The translations under genes and the position numbers were made by a program. Below are positions 27,558 to 39,125 of a stretch of DNA of 64,000 nt, in pieces. Position 1 is the first letter of the stretch; each line of letters begins with the position of its first letter. The notes beneath the pieces were generated by a model. The model was not told the origin of the DNA, did no database searches, and saw nothing but the letters and a program-made list of their open reading frames with translations. Source of the DNA: Tissierellia bacterium (lineage in GTDB: Bacteria; Bacillota; Clostridia; Tissierellales; Sedimentibacteraceae); NCBI GenBank assembly GCA_012520455.1, contig JAAYOE010000037.1, positions 6,027 through 70,026 of the forward strand, written 5' to 3'.

Positions 27558-28519
27558 TGGATTTATTTGAGCAAAATGTCTTAATTACAAGTGAAGATGA
27601 ATTAATTAAACTATTGGGGATTCATGACAAGAACATAAAGATTATAAAAACCTATTATAATGTAAATATTTTAATGAGAAACGGGGCTGTAAAAGTAACG
27701 GGGGATAAAGAAAGCACCGAAACGGTTGCTAAGATCTTAAGGGACATTTTAAATACAATACGAACCGAAGGAGAAATAAGCGATCAAAAGGTTGTTTATT
27801 TAATAGAGGCAAATAAAAGAGATTCACAAATCGATTACAACCAGATTTTAAAGGAAGTAATAGTAACATCTGCATCAGGAAGGATAATCAAGCCTAAGAC
27901 GGTGGGCCAGAAAAGATATGTTGACATGATAAATTCCAGGGATGTAACCTTCGGAATCGGACCTGCGGGAACGGGCAAGACATATCTGGCTGTGGCTTGT
28001 GCCGTCAATGCATTCAGAAAAAAAGAGGTGGAGCGTATAGTCCTCACCCGTCCTGCCGTAGAAGCAGGGGAAAAGTTAGGGTTTTTGCCGGGGGATTTGC
28101 AGGATAAGGTGGACCCTTATTTAAGACCTCTCTATGATGCCCTTTTTGATATTATGGGAATTGAAACCTTCATGAAAAATGTTGAAAAACAGCTGATTGA
28201 AGTGGCCCCCTTGGCCTATATGAGGGGCCGTACCTTAGATTCTTCCTTCATTATTTTGGATGAAGCACAAAACACCACAAATGAGCAGATGAAGATGTTT
28301 TTGACCCGATTGGGCTACGGGTCCAAGGCTGTGATTACGGGTGATATAACTCAAATTGACCTGCCTGAAGGCAAAAAATCAGGGCTCAAGTCCGTAATTC
28401 ACATTCTGAGGGAAGTGGAGGGCATAGGTTTTATGTTTTTCAACACGACCGATGTGGTAAGGCATAAATTGGTTCAGGATATTGTAAAAGCATACGAAAA
28501 ACATGAGGTAAAAAAATGA
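27557..28519 (+). CDS. phoH: PhoH-like ATPase
   Basis: GPAGTGKTYLA, LTRPAVEAGE.LGFLPGD, APLAYMRGRTL, LDEAQN. Confidence 0.95.
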   Translation: MDLFEQNVLITSEDELIKLLGIHDKNIKIIKTYYNVNILMRNGAVKVTGDKESTETVAKILRDILNTIRTEGEISDQKVVYLIEANKRDSQIDYNQILKEVIVTSASGRIIKPKTVGQKRYVDMINSRDVTFGIGPAGTGKTYLAVACAVNAFRKKEVERIVLTRPAVEAGEKLGFLPGDLQDKVDPYLRPLYDALFDIMGIETFMKNVEKQLIEVAPLAYMRGRTLDSSFIILDEAQNTTNEQMKMFLTRLGYGSKAVITGDITQIDLPEGKKSGLKSVIHILREVEGIGFMFFNTTDVVRHKLVQDIVKAYEKHEVKK

Positions 28520-28962
28520 TAAGCGTATTGTATGATAACAGGCAGGATGCTATAGAAATCACCGCCGACAAGGAAGATGCCATAAAAAAGGCCATAGAAG
28601 CCGTCTTGATAAAAGAAGGCCTGAAGGGTGATTTTGAAGTGAGCGTTTCTTTTGTCACAAATGAAGAGATAAAAGACCTTAATAAGGAATACAGAAATGT
28701 AGACAGTGAAACAGATGTTTTATCCTTCCCCATGAATGAAGAATTTGATGGTGTCAACATTCTTGGGGATATTGTTATTTCAACTCAAAAAATAATTGAA
28801 CAAGCTGATGAGTACAAGCACAGCAAAGAAAGGGAAATGATATATCTGATTGTACACAGCATGCTGCATCTTTTGGGATATGACCATATGGACACGGATG
28901 AAAAAAGTGTCATGAGGGCAAAGGAAAAAGAAATAATGAAGGAATTGAATATATTCAAATAA
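28516..28962 (+). CDS. ybeY: rRNA maturation endoribonuclease YbeY
   Basis: TDVLSFP, LGDIVIS, HSMLHLLGYDH. Confidence 0.95.
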   Translation: MISVLYDNRQDAIEITADKEDAIKKAIEAVLIKEGLKGDFEVSVSFVTNEEIKDLNKEYRNVDSETDVLSFPMNEEFDGVNILGDIVISTQKIIEQADEYKHSKEREMIYLIVHSMLHLLGYDHMDTDEKSVMRAKEKEIMKELNIFK

Positions 28963-28981
28963 TTCATCCAAGGGGGAAGAC

Positions 28982-30040
28982 GTGAAAAGAAGACTGATAT
29001 TAATAATCCTATTGATGGTTTTCTTATGCGGATGTGCAAAAGAAACCATAAGACCCGAAGAAGAAGTCCCGGAAACAAATGAGCTTGAGGAGGAGAAGGA
29101 AACCGAGACTGAAGAAACAGAGGAAGAACCCGACCCAAATATGATAGTTTCACCCTTGGACGGATTGAGATACTACCCTGAGGACTTGTCCAAAAGACCG
29201 GTAGCATTGTCAATAGACAATCATCCTAAGGCAAGGTGGCAGGCCGGAATCAGCCAGGCCGAAATAGTATATGAAGTTGAAGTGGAGCACCCTTTTACCA
29301 GGTACCTGTGCATATTTTATGCAAAGGAGCCTGAGAGGATAGGACCTGTAAGAAGTGCCAGACCTTATCTTATTTATTATGCCCTCGAATATGACGGAAT
29401 TTTCGTTCATGTGGGAGGAAGCGATGATGCTTTTATAGAAATAAAAAGACTTGGGGTGGCCGAGGTTGACGGCTTATATTCGGGAGCCCTGTGGAGATAT
29501 TATGATACCGGAAAATATGCACCCCATAACGTTTATACGACTTTAGAGTCAATAAGAAAAGAGGCGGAAAATTACGGCTATAGGACGGACTTCAGCTTTG
29601 AGGGGTATTCATTCAATGAAAGGGATGAAAAATTATCGGATAATTATGAAGTAAATTCTGCAGTGAAAGTAAATATAATATACAATGCTTACAACACGAC
29701 GGATTATCTGTATGATGAAGATAATAATACATATTTAAGATTTAAAGATGAAGAAGAACACATAGATGAATTGGATAATAAACAGCTAAGGGCAAAAAAT
29801 ATTATTGCCATAGAAGCATCCAAAACAGTCTTAGACAATGAGGGAAGACTGTATTTAGGGACCATCGGCCAGGGAAAGGGTATATATATCACAAATGGCG
29901 AAAGCATACCCATAACTTGGGAAAAGGTCTCGGAAAAAGGCAGGCTTAAATTTTATGCCGGGGATGAAGAGTTGGTGCTGAATCCGGGAAACACCTGGAT
30001 ACAGGTTGTTAACAGCCTTGACAGGGTTTCCCTGGAATAA
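28982..30040 (+). CDS. DUF3048 (YerB-like) lipoprotein
   Basis: Lipobox LCGC, acidic linker, RPVALSIDNH..AR.QAG, GPVRSARPY, APHNVY, GNTWIQVV. Confidence 0.82.
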   Translation: MKRRLILIILLMVFLCGCAKETIRPEEEVPETNELEEEKETETEETEEEPDPNMIVSPLDGLRYYPEDLSKRPVALSIDNHPKARWQAGISQAEIVYEVEVEHPFTRYLCIFYAKEPERIGPVRSARPYLIYYALEYDGIFVHVGGSDDAFIEIKRLGVAEVDGLYSGALWRYYDTGKYAPHNVYTTLESIRKEAENYGYRTDFSFEGYSFNERDEKLSDNYEVNSAVKVNIIYNAYNTTDYLYDEDNNTYLRFKDEEEHIDELDNKQLRAKNIIAIEASKTVLDNEGRLYLGTIGQGKGIYITNGESIPITWEKVSEKGRLKFYAGDEELVLNPGNTWIQVVNSLDRVSLE

Positions 30041-30097
30041 ATGAATAGGTATTTACACACCTCTCTGTGAGGTAATCTCTGAGAGAAAGGGGAAAAA

Positions 30098-30490
30098 ATG
30101 GAGGATAAGCTATTAATAAAAATTGCCATGGAGGCAAGGGAAAAGTCATACAGCCCATATTCCAAATATAAGGTGGGAGCAGCTGTTTATACAAGGAGCG
30201 GCAAGGTATTTACAGGCTGCAACATAGAATCCGCATCCTACACTCCTACCATATGTGCCGAAAGGGTGGCTGTTTCAAAATGTATTTCGGAAGGATACAG
30301 GGACATAGAAAAGATTGCCGTTATTGGAAGTGAAATCAAAACTTCCTTCCCCTGCGGGGTTTGCAGGCAGTTTATGTCTGAATTCGGCAAGGACATAAGG
30401 GTGATATGTGCAAGAAGCTTGGATGCTTACGATGTTTATACCTTGGAGGAACTCCTGCCCAACAGTTTCGGACCGGATGACCTTGATTGA
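30098..30490 (+). CDS. cdd: Cytidine deaminase
   Basis: YSPYSKYKVGAA, CAERVA, PCGVCRQ. Confidence 0.95.
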   Translation: MEDKLLIKIAMEAREKSYSPYSKYKVGAAVYTRSGKVFTGCNIESASYTPTICAERVAVSKCISEGYRDIEKIAVIGSEIKTSFPCGVCRQFMSEFGKDIRVICARSLDAYDVYTLEELLPNSFGPDDLD

Positions 30491-30503
30491 AGAAAGGAAG
30501 ACT

Positions 30504-31391
30504 ATGTTTAAATCAGGATTCGTTACCATTATAGGAAGACCAAATGTAGGTAAATCAACCTTGATGAATAATATGCTGGGTGAAAAAATATCCATAATGT
30601 CAGATAAGCCCCAGACTACAAGAAACAAAATCATGACGGTATATACCGATGATGAGGCCCAGATAATATTTATTGATACACCGGGAATACACAGGCCTAA
30701 AAACAAGTTGGGCGAATTCATGAATACGGAAGTGGACTCTGCCTTAGAGGAAATGGATGTATTGATAATGATAACCGATGAGTATGACAAGGTGGGGCCG
30801 GGGGATGAATTCATCATTGATAAAATCAAAGACTTAAAATGTAAAAAAATCCTTATATTGAATAAGATTGATTTATTTGACAGGGATGCAGCCCTCAGGA
30901 TCGCATCCGAGTTTGAAAAGTACAAGGTCTTTGATGACATCCTGCCCATTTCCGCAATCAATATGGTTGGGGTTGATGCCTTAATTAAATTGATAATTAA
31001 ATATTTAAAGCCGGGGCCCATGTATTTTCCAGCAGATTATATAACCGACAGGCCTGAACGCTTCATTGTTTCCGAAATTATAAGAGAAAAAGCCCTTATG
31101 TATTTACAGGATGAGGTCCCTCACGGAATAGCGGTAGAAGTTGAAGAGATGAAAGAAAGAAAAAACCGTGATTTAGTAGACATAAGAGCCAATATTCTAT
31201 GCGAAAAGAAGTCCCACAAAAGCATAATAATCGGCAGGGAAGGCAGGAAGATAAAAGGCATAGGCAAGAGTGCCAGGGAAGACATAGAAAGGCTATTGGG
31301 GAGCCAGGTGAATCTCCAGCTCTTTGTAAAAGTTTCCGAAAACTGGCGGGATGATTTTTATAGGTTAAAAACATTAGGGTATTTTAAATGA
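30504..31391 (+). CDS. era: GTPase Era
   Basis: GRPNVGKST, QTTRN, DTPG, NKID, KH domain EVPH; start moved to ATG 30504. Confidence 0.95.
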   Translation: MFKSGFVTIIGRPNVGKSTLMNNMLGEKISIMSDKPQTTRNKIMTVYTDDEAQIIFIDTPGIHRPKNKLGEFMNTEVDSALEEMDVLIMITDEYDKVGPGDEFIIDKIKDLKCKKILILNKIDLFDRDAALRIASEFEKYKVFDDILPISAINMVGVDALIKLIIKYLKPGPMYFPADYITDRPERFIVSEIIREKALMYLQDEVPHGIAVEVEEMKERKNRDLVDIRANILCEKKSHKSIIIGREGRKIKGIGKSAREDIERLLGSQVNLQLFVKVSENWRDDFYRLKTLGYFK

Positions 31392-32101
31392 TATTAGACG
31401 AAATTCTCATTCTGAGAGAAATAAGCTATAAAGAAAACGATAAAATACTCCATGCCTTGTCTAAAAGCAGCGGGAAAATTCAGATTATTTCAAAGGGGTC
31501 CAAAAAAACCTCCTCACATTTAATAAATGCATCACAAATTTTTGCCTATTCAAAATCCACCCTGAATGTGTCAAGGGATATGTACATACTGACCTCTGCC
31601 CAGGTTTTGGATAATTTTTACGGCTTGAAAAATAACATGGATGCATATTACAGCGCCTCCTATATATTGGAGCTAATAAGCTATGTAGCCCAGGAAAACC
31701 AATATGATGAAAAAATATTCGACATGACGGTTTCTGTTCTTTCCCATCTCAGTAAAAGCACCCATGGACATGATAAATTAGTCGCTGCTTATGAAATAAA
31801 ATTAGCAGCCATGCTTGGCTACAAGCCGGATTTTCACCATTGTCTCTCCTGCGGCTCTTCCCTGAAGGGTGACGGCAGGTTTTCAATAAGAGAAGGAGGA
31901 GTTTTTTGCGCCTCTTGCGTAAATAATGGAAATGGAATAAATGTAACATATAATGAAATACTAACTATGGATAAAATATTGAAATCCAAATTTGAGGATT
32001 TAGGCTTAATAGAAGTACCCAAGCATATTATGGGCCTGATAAGAAAATTTTTGTTTTATTATATCGGGAGGGACAATTTTACAACACTAAAGCTATTATA
32101 A
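31388..32101 (+). CDS. recO: DNA repair protein RecO
   Basis: YKENDKIL..GKI..KG, zinc knuckle CLSCG..FCASC; follows era. Confidence 0.9.
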   Translation: MILDEILILREISYKENDKILHALSKSSGKIQIISKGSKKTSSHLINASQIFAYSKSTLNVSRDMYILTSAQVLDNFYGLKNNMDAYYSASYILELISYVAQENQYDEKIFDMTVSVLSHLSKSTHGHDKLVAAYEIKLAAMLGYKPDFHHCLSCGSSLKGDGRFSIREGGVFCASCVNNGNGINVTYNEILTMDKILKSKFEDLGLIEVPKHIMGLIRKFLFYYIGRDNFTTLKLL

Positions 32102-32116
32102 AGAAAGGATAGACTT

Positions 32117-32623
32117 ATGGAGAATGATACTTTACAAAAAATCGACGAAATTCTGAGACGGACAAATACAGACTACTCTACCGCAAAGGAAGCCTTGGAT
32201 GCTGCAAAGGGAGATGTGCTTGAAGCCATAATATTGATTGAAAATCAGCAAAAAGGAAAAACATCCGGTTTCAGCAGGGGAGAGCAGATAATGGACCAGC
32301 TGAAGGAAGTCATTGCAAAAGGCAATGCTACAAAGCTTACGATTAAGAAGGATAATGAAGTAATAATCAATATACCCATTACCGCAGGCCTGGTCAGCGC
32401 CCTGGTAGCGCCATTTTTGTCGGCAGCCGGTATCACCGTGGCCCTCCTTGCCAAATGCTCCGTGGAAATTACTCAAACAGACGGCAAGGTAATCGACCTT
32501 GGCAAGAAAGTCGACGAAGGAATGGACCAAGTAAAAGATGCTGTGAAGGATATCAGAGCCGGAGCTGAAAATATAGCTGAAAACATAAAGGATGACATCA
32601 AAAACATCAAAAGTAATTCTTGA
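32117..32623 (+). CDS. DUF4342 protein with N-terminal UBA-like helix bundle
   Basis: KIDEILRRT..AKEAL..GDVLEAII; LKEVIAKGNATKLTIKKD..INIP. Confidence 0.75.
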   Translation: MENDTLQKIDEILRRTNTDYSTAKEALDAAKGDVLEAIILIENQQKGKTSGFSRGEQIMDQLKEVIAKGNATKLTIKKDNEVIINIPITAGLVSALVAPFLSAAGITVALLAKCSVEITQTDGKVIDLGKKVDEGMDQVKDAVKDIRAGAENIAENIKDDIKNIKSNS

Positions 32624-32648
32624 CATAAAAAGATTATTTTGTTACATT
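32620..32648 (+). promoter_or_regulatory. Sigma-A promoter for the T-box leader
   Basis: TTGACA-17-TACATT. Confidence 0.65.
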
Positions 32649-32659
32649 ATAGTAAATTG

Positions 32660-32856
32660 AGACTGTGAGAAAGAAGAGTAGTCCGGACCTGAATTTACAG
32701 AGAGTCAGGCAAGGTGGAAGCTGATAAGGAAGGCCGGATGAAGGGAGCTTTTGAGTCTTTGCAATGAAGAGGGTAGGGCTAATGCCCTATCAAATAGGGT
32801 GGAACCGCGGAAGAATCATATCTTTCGTCCCTATGGGGATGAAAGATAATTTTTTA
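32660..32856 (+). ncRNA. T-box riboswitch (glycine)
   Basis: AGAGTAG, AGAGA and GGTGGAA stem I motifs, specifier loop GAAGGGAG, T-box AGGGTGGAACCGCG at 32796-32809, terminator 32820-32856. Confidence 0.92.
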
Positions 32857-32869
32857 TTTGGAGGAAATC

Positions 32870-34264
32870 ATGGCGAAAACAGAAAAAAACAGCTTAGAAA
32901 AAGTGGTAGCATTATGTAAATCAAGAGGTATAATTTTCCCCGGCTCCGAAATATACGGGGGCTTGGCCAACACATGGGATTATGGTCCCTTGGGAGTAGA
33001 AATCAAAAATAATATAAAGAGGGCCTGGTGGAAAAAATTCATACAGGAAAGCCCATACAATGTGGGATTGGATGCGGCTATACTAATGAATCCCATGACT
33101 TGGGTGGCTTCCGGCCACGTGGGAGGCTTTTCCGATCCCCTCATGGACTGCAAGGAATGCAAGGCCAGGTTCAGGGCAGATAAGCTTATTGAAGATTACA
33201 TGAAGGAAATAAAGGATGTAAAAATAGTTGACGGTTGGACAAACAGTGAAATGGAAGCCTACATAGCAGAAAACAAGATCAAGTGTCCTGAATGCAAAGC
33301 CCACAATTTCACCGGTATAAGAAAGTTCAACCTCATGTTTAAGACTTTTCAGGGGGTAACGGAAGATTCTCAATCCGAGCTTTTCTTAAGACCTGAAACG
33401 GCTCAGGGTATATTTGTCAACTTTAAAAATGTACAGCGGTCAATGCGGAAGAAACTCCCCTTTGGTATCGGCCAAATAGGAAAATCTTTCAGAAATGAAA
33501 TCACACCGGGGAACTTTACATTCAGGACCAGGGAATTTGAGCAGATGGAACTGGAGTTTTTCTGCAAGCCCGGAGAAGACATGGAATGGTTCTATTACTG
33601 GAAGGATTTTTGCATGAATTGGCTTTTGAGCCTTGGGGTGACAAAAGAAAAACTTCGCTTCAGGGATCATGAACAGGCTGAATTGTCACATTACAGCAAG
33701 GGGACGACAGACATTGAATACTTGTTCCATTTTGGCTGGGGAGAATTATGGGGAATTGCAAACAGGACGGATTTTGACCTGAAACAGCATATAGAGACCT
33801 CAGGAGAAGATTTATACTATCAAGACCCCGTGACCAATGAAAAATACATACCCTATTGCGTAGAGCCTTCCTTGGGAGCTGACCGCGTAATGCTGGCAAT
33901 CTTGGTTGATGCCTACAATGAAGAAAGCCTGGAAGACGGTACCGAAAGAGTTGTGCTGAAGCTTCATCCTGCCTTGGCACCCTTTAAGGCTGCAGTATTC
34001 CCCCTTACCAAAAAATTAAATGACCAGGCTGCAGAGGTCTACCAGATGCTTAACAAGCATTTCAATGTTGATTATGATGACGGAGGAAGCATAGGGAAAA
34101 GATACAGGAGACATGATGAAATAGGAACACCTTACTGCATTACCTTCGATTTTGATTCATTGGAAGACAATTCGGTTACCGTTAGGGACAGGGACACCAT
34201 GGACCAGGTAAGAATAAAAATTGATGACCTTTTAACCTTCATCAATGAGAAAATACAGTTTTAA
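32870..34264 (+). CDS. glyQS: Glycine--tRNA ligase (alpha2 type)
   Basis: [54 protein letters not shown]. Confidence 0.95.
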   Translation: MAKTEKNSLEKVVALCKSRGIIFPGSEIYGGLANTWDYGPLGVEIKNNIKRAWWKKFIQESPYNVGLDAAILMNPMTWVASGHVGGFSDPLMDCKECKARFRADKLIEDYMKEIKDVKIVDGWTNSEMEAYIAENKIKCPECKAHNFTGIRKFNLMFKTFQGVTEDSQSELFLRPETAQGIFVNFKNVQRSMRKKLPFGIGQIGKSFRNEITPGNFTFRTREFEQMELEFFCKPGEDMEWFYYWKDFCMNWLLSLGVTKEKLRFRDHEQAELSHYSKGTTDIEYLFHFGWGELWGIANRTDFDLKQHIETSGEDLYYQDPVTNEKYIPYCVEPSLGADRVMLAILVDAYNEESLEDGTERVVLKLHPALAPFKAAVFPLTKKLNDQAAEVYQMLNKHFNVDYDDGGSIGKRYRRHDEIGTPYCITFDFDSLEDNSVTVRDRDTMDQVRIKIDDLLTFINEKIQF

Positions 34265-34328
34265 GCCGGCTTAGGCAAGTTTTCAAGCCATATGGAGTAA
34301 GCCGGTAAAGACCTGTGGAGGTGATCTG

Positions 34329-35330
34329 TTGACAATCAGGGAGAGATACGAACAATTTGAAATGGAACATTTATCGGACTATGCAGCAAAAGTCCTTCTT
34401 TCAAAGGGGAGAAGGGTCTATGAGCCCAAATGCGAAATAAGGACCGACTTCCAAAGGGACAGGGACAGGATACTGCATTCAAAAGCATTCAGGAGGCTTA
34501 AACACAAGACTCAGGTTTTCTTATCTCCGGAGGGAGACCACTACAGGACAAGGCTTACTCATACCTTAGAGGTGTCGCAGATATCAAGGACAATTGCGAG
34601 AAGTTTGAATTTAAACGAAGACTTAACGGAAGCAATTGCCTTGGGCCACGATTTAGGCCACACCCCCTTCGGCCACACAGGAGAAAGAATACTAAAAAAA
34701 CTGTGCCAGGGATTCAAGCACAATGAGCAAAGTTTAAGGGTGGTTGACATTTTGGAAATAAAAAATGACAGGCCGGGACTCAACCTTACCTTTGAGGTTA
34801 GGGACGGAATTTTAAACCACCCTTCAGGATATGAGCCTGCTACTTTGGAAGGGCAGGTTGTCAGCATTTCTGACAGGATTGCCTATATAAATCACGACAT
34901 TGATGATGCGGTCAGGGGCCATATTATCACCAAGATACCGGACAAGTTTATTAAAAAATTAGGTGCAGGCCACGGGGACAGGATCAATACAATGATAACG
35001 GACATTATTCAAAACTCTGAGGGCAGGAATAAAATCACCATGAGCGATGAAATTGCAGACCTTACCAATGAGCTTCGTGATTTTTTGTTCGAAAATGTAT
35101 ACTATAACAGGATTGCAAAAAGCGAAGAAGAAAAATCAATGTTCATAATTGAAAAGATATATGAATATTACACAAAAAACTTTGACCACCTTCCCGAGTT
35201 TTACCTTAATATTTATCACAACAACAACTTCAGCAGGGGAGAAATCATAAAGGATTATATAGCCGGGATGACAGACAGGTATGCAATGAAGGTATTCAAT
35301 GAATTGTACATACCAAAGCCCTGGATTTAA
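34329..35330 (+). CDS. dgt: Deoxyguanosinetriphosphate triphosphohydrolase (dGTPase-like)
   Basis: [47 protein letters not shown]; TTG start after GGAGGTG. Confidence 0.92.
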   Translation: MTIRERYEQFEMEHLSDYAAKVLLSKGRRVYEPKCEIRTDFQRDRDRILHSKAFRRLKHKTQVFLSPEGDHYRTRLTHTLEVSQISRTIARSLNLNEDLTEAIALGHDLGHTPFGHTGERILKKLCQGFKHNEQSLRVVDILEIKNDRPGLNLTFEVRDGILNHPSGYEPATLEGQVVSISDRIAYINHDIDDAVRGHIITKIPDKFIKKLGAGHGDRINTMITDIIQNSEGRNKITMSDEIADLTNELRDFLFENVYYNRIAKSEEEKSMFIIEKIYEYYTKNFDHLPEFYLNIYHNNNFSRGEIIKDYIAGMTDRYAMKVFNELYIPKPWI

Positions 35331-35376
35331 GCATAAATCAAAGTGCAAAAATTTTACGGCTTGTCAGGAAAAAATG

Positions 35377-35405
35377 TTGACAAGCTTATTTTCATATGTT
35401 ATACT
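35377..35405 (+). promoter_or_regulatory. Sigma-A promoter for dnaG-rpoD
   Basis: TTGACA-17-TATACT with extended -10 TG. Confidence 0.8.
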
Positions 35406-35436
35406 TTATTTTCAATGTAAGGATAATGGTGATATT

Positions 35437-37194
35437 ATGTCCTATAATTTGGATTCTGACATCATACAAAGAATCTTGGACCAAAACAATATAGTAGAAA
35501 TTATAGAAGAATATTTACCTTTGAAAAAAGCCGGTGCTAATTACAGCACCCTCTGTCCTTTTCATAAAGAAAAAACACCTTCATTTATTGTATCTCCAGA
35601 CAAGCAGATGTTTCATTGTTTTGGCTGCGGCGAAAGCGGCGACAGCATCAGTTTTTTGACAAAATACAAAAATTATACTTTTGTTGAAGCGGCCGAGTAT
35701 TTGGCCAAAAGAGCCGGTATTGTCCTGGAAGAAACAAACTCCTCAAAAGTAAACAAAAATAAACAAACAGCAGATATACTTTATAAAATTAACAGGGATG
35801 CTGCTGTATATTTTTATAAAAATTTGAAGAAGGCCCCCCATGTTTTAGCATATTTGAATTCAAGGAATATCAAAGCAGATGTAATAAAAATGTTCGGAAT
35901 TGGATATGCTATCGATGAATGGGATAATTTGCTAAATTATCTAAAAAATAAAGGCTACAAGGTCGAAGATATATTGAAGACGGGCCTGATTATCAGCAAG
36001 GAAAAAAACGGTACATATTACGATAGATTTAGAAACAGAGTAATTTTCCCCATATTTGATATAAAAAAAAGAATAATAGGCTTTGGAGGAAGGGTTTTGG
36101 ATGATTCATTGCCCAAATACCTGAATTCTCCGGAAAGCCTTATATTTAACAAGGGCTATAATTTGTACGGGATCCATATAGCGAAAGAAAAGGTAAGGAA
36201 CAAGAGCTTTATTTTGGTTGAAGGTTACATGGACGTAATCAAGATGCACGTTCACGGCTACGACACGGCAGTTGCGGCCTTGGGTACTTCATTTACCGAG
36301 AACCAGGTAAAGCTGTTAAAAAGGTATTCAAAAAACTATTACATAGCCTTTGATTCGGACGAGGCCGGTCAAAAGGCTGCTTTAAAGGCAATCAATATGT
36401 TCAAAAAGAACAACTTGAATGCAAGGGTTGTAATAATGGAAGATGCCAAGGACCCGGATGAATATTTAAATAAATATGGAAGGGGAAGTTTCGACAAATT
36501 AATAGAAAATTCATTGGATTATTATGACTTTTTAGAATTTCATTTTAAAGAAATCCTTGAAAATTCTAACAAAGTTGAATATATAAACAAAATTTTTGAC
36601 AATATAGTAAATGTATACAGCGAAATTGAAAGAGAATTAATTTTTGACAAATTATCGAGAAAAGTAGGTGTATCGAAAGAGTCTCTTATTAAAGAATACA
36701 ATAAGAAAAATATTAAGCAAAAAACCTTGATTAATACTGCAAAACCTGCGGTTAAACCCCAGGTTAAAAAAATTACTACATGCCACGAGGAAGAGCTTAT
36801 AAAACTGATACTAATAAACAATGATTTTGCATTCAAGCTGAGCGAGATAGTTAAGGAAGATACCTTTAAGGATTTAAGGTACTATAAAATTTTAAAAGAG
36901 CTGTATGAATGCAGAATTAAGGATATTAGTATTGACAGTGAAAGCTTAAAAAAAATTACAGGTGACAGCATGGATGTAAATTTGCAGATTGACAATGTTG
37001 ATTATGATAATTTAGAGGCCTTATTTAAAGATTGCATGAAAAGACTTAAATTAAAGTACTACGAAGAAAAAAGAAATATTTTGACTAACAGGTTAAGACA
37101 ATCCGATGATTCGTTTCAGAGTAAGGAAGAAATAATGAATGAAATTTACTGCCTCGCTAAAAAGATTAAATCAACTAAGGAGGAGGTCAATTGA
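35437..37194 (+). CDS. dnaG: DNA primase
   Basis: [40 protein letters not shown] and DSDEAG; start moved to ATG 35437. Confidence 0.95.
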   Translation: MSYNLDSDIIQRILDQNNIVEIIEEYLPLKKAGANYSTLCPFHKEKTPSFIVSPDKQMFHCFGCGESGDSISFLTKYKNYTFVEAAEYLAKRAGIVLEETNSSKVNKNKQTADILYKINRDAAVYFYKNLKKAPHVLAYLNSRNIKADVIKMFGIGYAIDEWDNLLNYLKNKGYKVEDILKTGLIISKEKNGTYYDRFRNRVIFPIFDIKKRIIGFGGRVLDDSLPKYLNSPESLIFNKGYNLYGIHIAKEKVRNKSFILVEGYMDVIKMHVHGYDTAVAALGTSFTENQVKLLKRYSKNYYIAFDSDEAGQKAALKAINMFKKNNLNARVVIMEDAKDPDEYLNKYGRGSFDKLIENSLDYYDFLEFHFKEILENSNKVEYINKIFDNIVNVYSEIERELIFDKLSRKVGVSKESLIKEYNKKNIKQKTLINTAKPAVKPQVKKITTCHEEELIKLILINNDFAFKLSEIVKEDTFKDLRYYKILKELYECRIKDISIDSESLKKITGDSMDVNLQIDNVDYDNLEALFKDCMKRLKLKYYEEKRNILTNRLRQSDDSFQSKEEIMNEIYCLAKKIKSTKEEVN

Positions 37195-38366
37195 CAATGG
37201 GTGAAAATAAAAACGTATCTGTGGTATCAGAGGAAGAGTATGCAAAGAATGCTGAAATGCTGCAAAAGATAGATTCCGTGAAAAATAAACTGATTGAAAA
37301 GGGTAAGAGAAACGGTTTTATTACATATAAGGAAGTTTTGAGATCATTTGAAAAACTTGATATAAATCCGGAATTCATAGATGATTTTTATAAGCAGGCC
37401 GAAGACAATGATCTTGAAATATTGGGCTTTCAAGATGACATGATACCTGAAAAGGTGGATGAAGATGATGAAGTCGATGTAAAGGATGATGCGGACTTTT
37501 TTGTGAGCCAGACAGATGATGACATCCTAAAGGGGGTAAATATCGATGACCCTGTGAGAATGTATCTTAAGGAAATCGGCAAGGTACCTTTATTGTCTGC
37601 AAACGAAGAAGTAGAATTGGCCAAAAGAATGGAAGCCGGGGACGAGGAAGCCAAGAAACAATTGGCTGAAGCAAATTTAAGATTAGTAGTAAGCATTGCA
37701 AAAAGATATGTGGGAAGGGGCATGCTGTTTCTTGATTTAATTCAGGAAGGCAATCTCGGACTCATAAAAGCAGTGGAAAAATTTGATTATACAAAAGGCT
37801 TTAAATTCAGCACCTATGCAACCTGGTGGATTCGCCAGGCAATAACGAGAGCGATTGCAGACCAGGCCAGGACCATAAGGATACCTGTGCATATGGTAGA
37901 AACCATCAACAAGTTAATCAGAATCAAAAGACAGCTTCTGCAGGAATTAGGAAGGGACCCGACACCTGAAGAAATAGCATTGGAAATGGAAATGGATCCT
38001 GACAAGGTAAGAGAGATACTGAAAATTGCCCAGGAGCCCGTATCCCTGGAAACCCCCATAGGGGAAGAAGAAGACAGCCATTTGGGGGACTTTATTCCCG
38101 ATGATGAGGTTCAAGCCCCTTCGGACGTCGCAACCTTTACCCTGTTGAGGGAGCAGTTATCCAATGTACTCCACACCTTAACAGACAGGGAGCAAAAGGT
38201 ACTCCGCCTTCGTTTCGGTTTAGACGACGGAAGAGCGAGAACCCTTGAAGAAGTGGGCAAGGAGTTTGACGTAACCAGGGAAAGAATACGTCAAATAGAA
38301 GCCAAGGCTCTGAGAAAGCTGAGGCATCCCAGCAGAAGCAAAAAATTAAAGGATTATCTGGAATAA
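37191..38366 (+). CDS. rpoD: RNA polymerase sigma factor SigA
   Basis: [61 protein letters not shown]. Confidence 0.97.
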   Translation: MTMGENKNVSVVSEEEYAKNAEMLQKIDSVKNKLIEKGKRNGFITYKEVLRSFEKLDINPEFIDDFYKQAEDNDLEILGFQDDMIPEKVDEDDEVDVKDDADFFVSQTDDDILKGVNIDDPVRMYLKEIGKVPLLSANEEVELAKRMEAGDEEAKKQLAEANLRLVVSIAKRYVGRGMLFLDLIQEGNLGLIKAVEKFDYTKGFKFSTYATWWIRQAITRAIADQARTIRIPVHMVETINKLIRIKRQLLQELGRDPTPEEIALEMEMDPDKVREILKIAQEPVSLETPIGEEEDSHLGDFIPDDEVQAPSDVATFTLLREQLSNVLHTLTDREQKVLRLRFGLDDGRARTLEEVGKEFDVTRERIRQIEAKALRKLRHPSRSKKLKDYLE

Positions 38367-38374
38367 AATATATT

Positions 38375-38439
38375 AAAAAACAGGACTTGTCATCCTGGGC
38401 TAAGGGAAGAATCTTGGTCCGGAATGACAATGTTTTTTT
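38375..38439 (+). terminator. Long hairpin/terminator after rpoD with TTGTCAT...ATGACAA ends
   Basis: AAAAAACA-GGAC-TTGTCATCCTGGGCTAAGGGAAGAATCTTGGTCCGGAATGACAA-TGTTTTTT. Confidence 0.6.
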
Positions 38440-38450
38440 AGGGGGTCAAT

Positions 38451-39125
38451 ATGAACAGGTTGGAATGCATTGTTTCCATGGTTGATAAATGCGGTACGGC
38501 AGCTGATATAGGCACGGACCACGGCTATGTGGCGGAGATGCTTTTAAAAGAAGGAAAATGTGATAAAGTTATAGCTACAGACTTAAACGAGGGTCCCTTA
38601 AAAAGAGCCCAAGACCATTTAAGAAAAGTTAACCTGAAGGATAAATGCGATTTCAGGCTTGGGAGCGGGCTTACGGTTTTAAAAGAAGGGGAAGCTGATG
38701 CAATTATTATTGCAGGAATGGGGGGCGACTTGATTTCCTACATACTTGAAAGCTCAAAAAACATAGCCTTGAATACAGACCAGCTCGTCCTCCAGCCTAT
38801 GACGGCAGCAGACAGCTTAAGACGCTGGCTTGAGGGAAACGGCTTTGAAATAAGAGATGAGAAGATTGTAAAGGAAGACCGCCACTTTTATTTTATCATA
38901 AAAGCAAAAAAGGGCATGATGAAATATGAAGACCCCTTATATTATGAAATCAGCAAGATCTTAACGGATAAAAAGGACCCCCTGATGGCTGAATATATAC
39001 ATAAGGTGCTGAATACAAACAAAAAAATTATCAGCAGCCTTGAAAAAACAGGAAATGTGGAATATAATGAAAAAATAGAGAAGCTGAGAATCAAAAATAA
39101 AAAAATCAAGGAATTAATTAAATGA
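38451..39125 (+). CDS. trmK: tRNA (adenine22-N1)-methyltransferase
   Basis: ADIGTDHGYV, RLGSGL, IAGMGG, LVLQP; after rpoD. Confidence 0.9.
   Translation: MNRLECIVSMVDKCGTAADIGTDHGYVAEMLLKEGKCDKVIATDLNEGPLKRAQDHLRKVNLKDKCDFRLGSGLTVLKEGEADAIIIAGMGGDLISYILESSKNIALNTDQLVLQPMTAADSLRRWLEGNGFEIRDEKIVKEDRHFYFIIKAKKGMMKYEDPLYYEISKILTDKKDPLMAEYIHKVLNTNKKIISSLEKTGNVEYNEKIEKLRIKNKKIKELIK

Noticed and set aside
30408-30503. N-terminal extension of Era overlapping cdd
   Set aside because: Era motifs start at MFKSGF with RBS AGAAAGGAAG before ATG 30504
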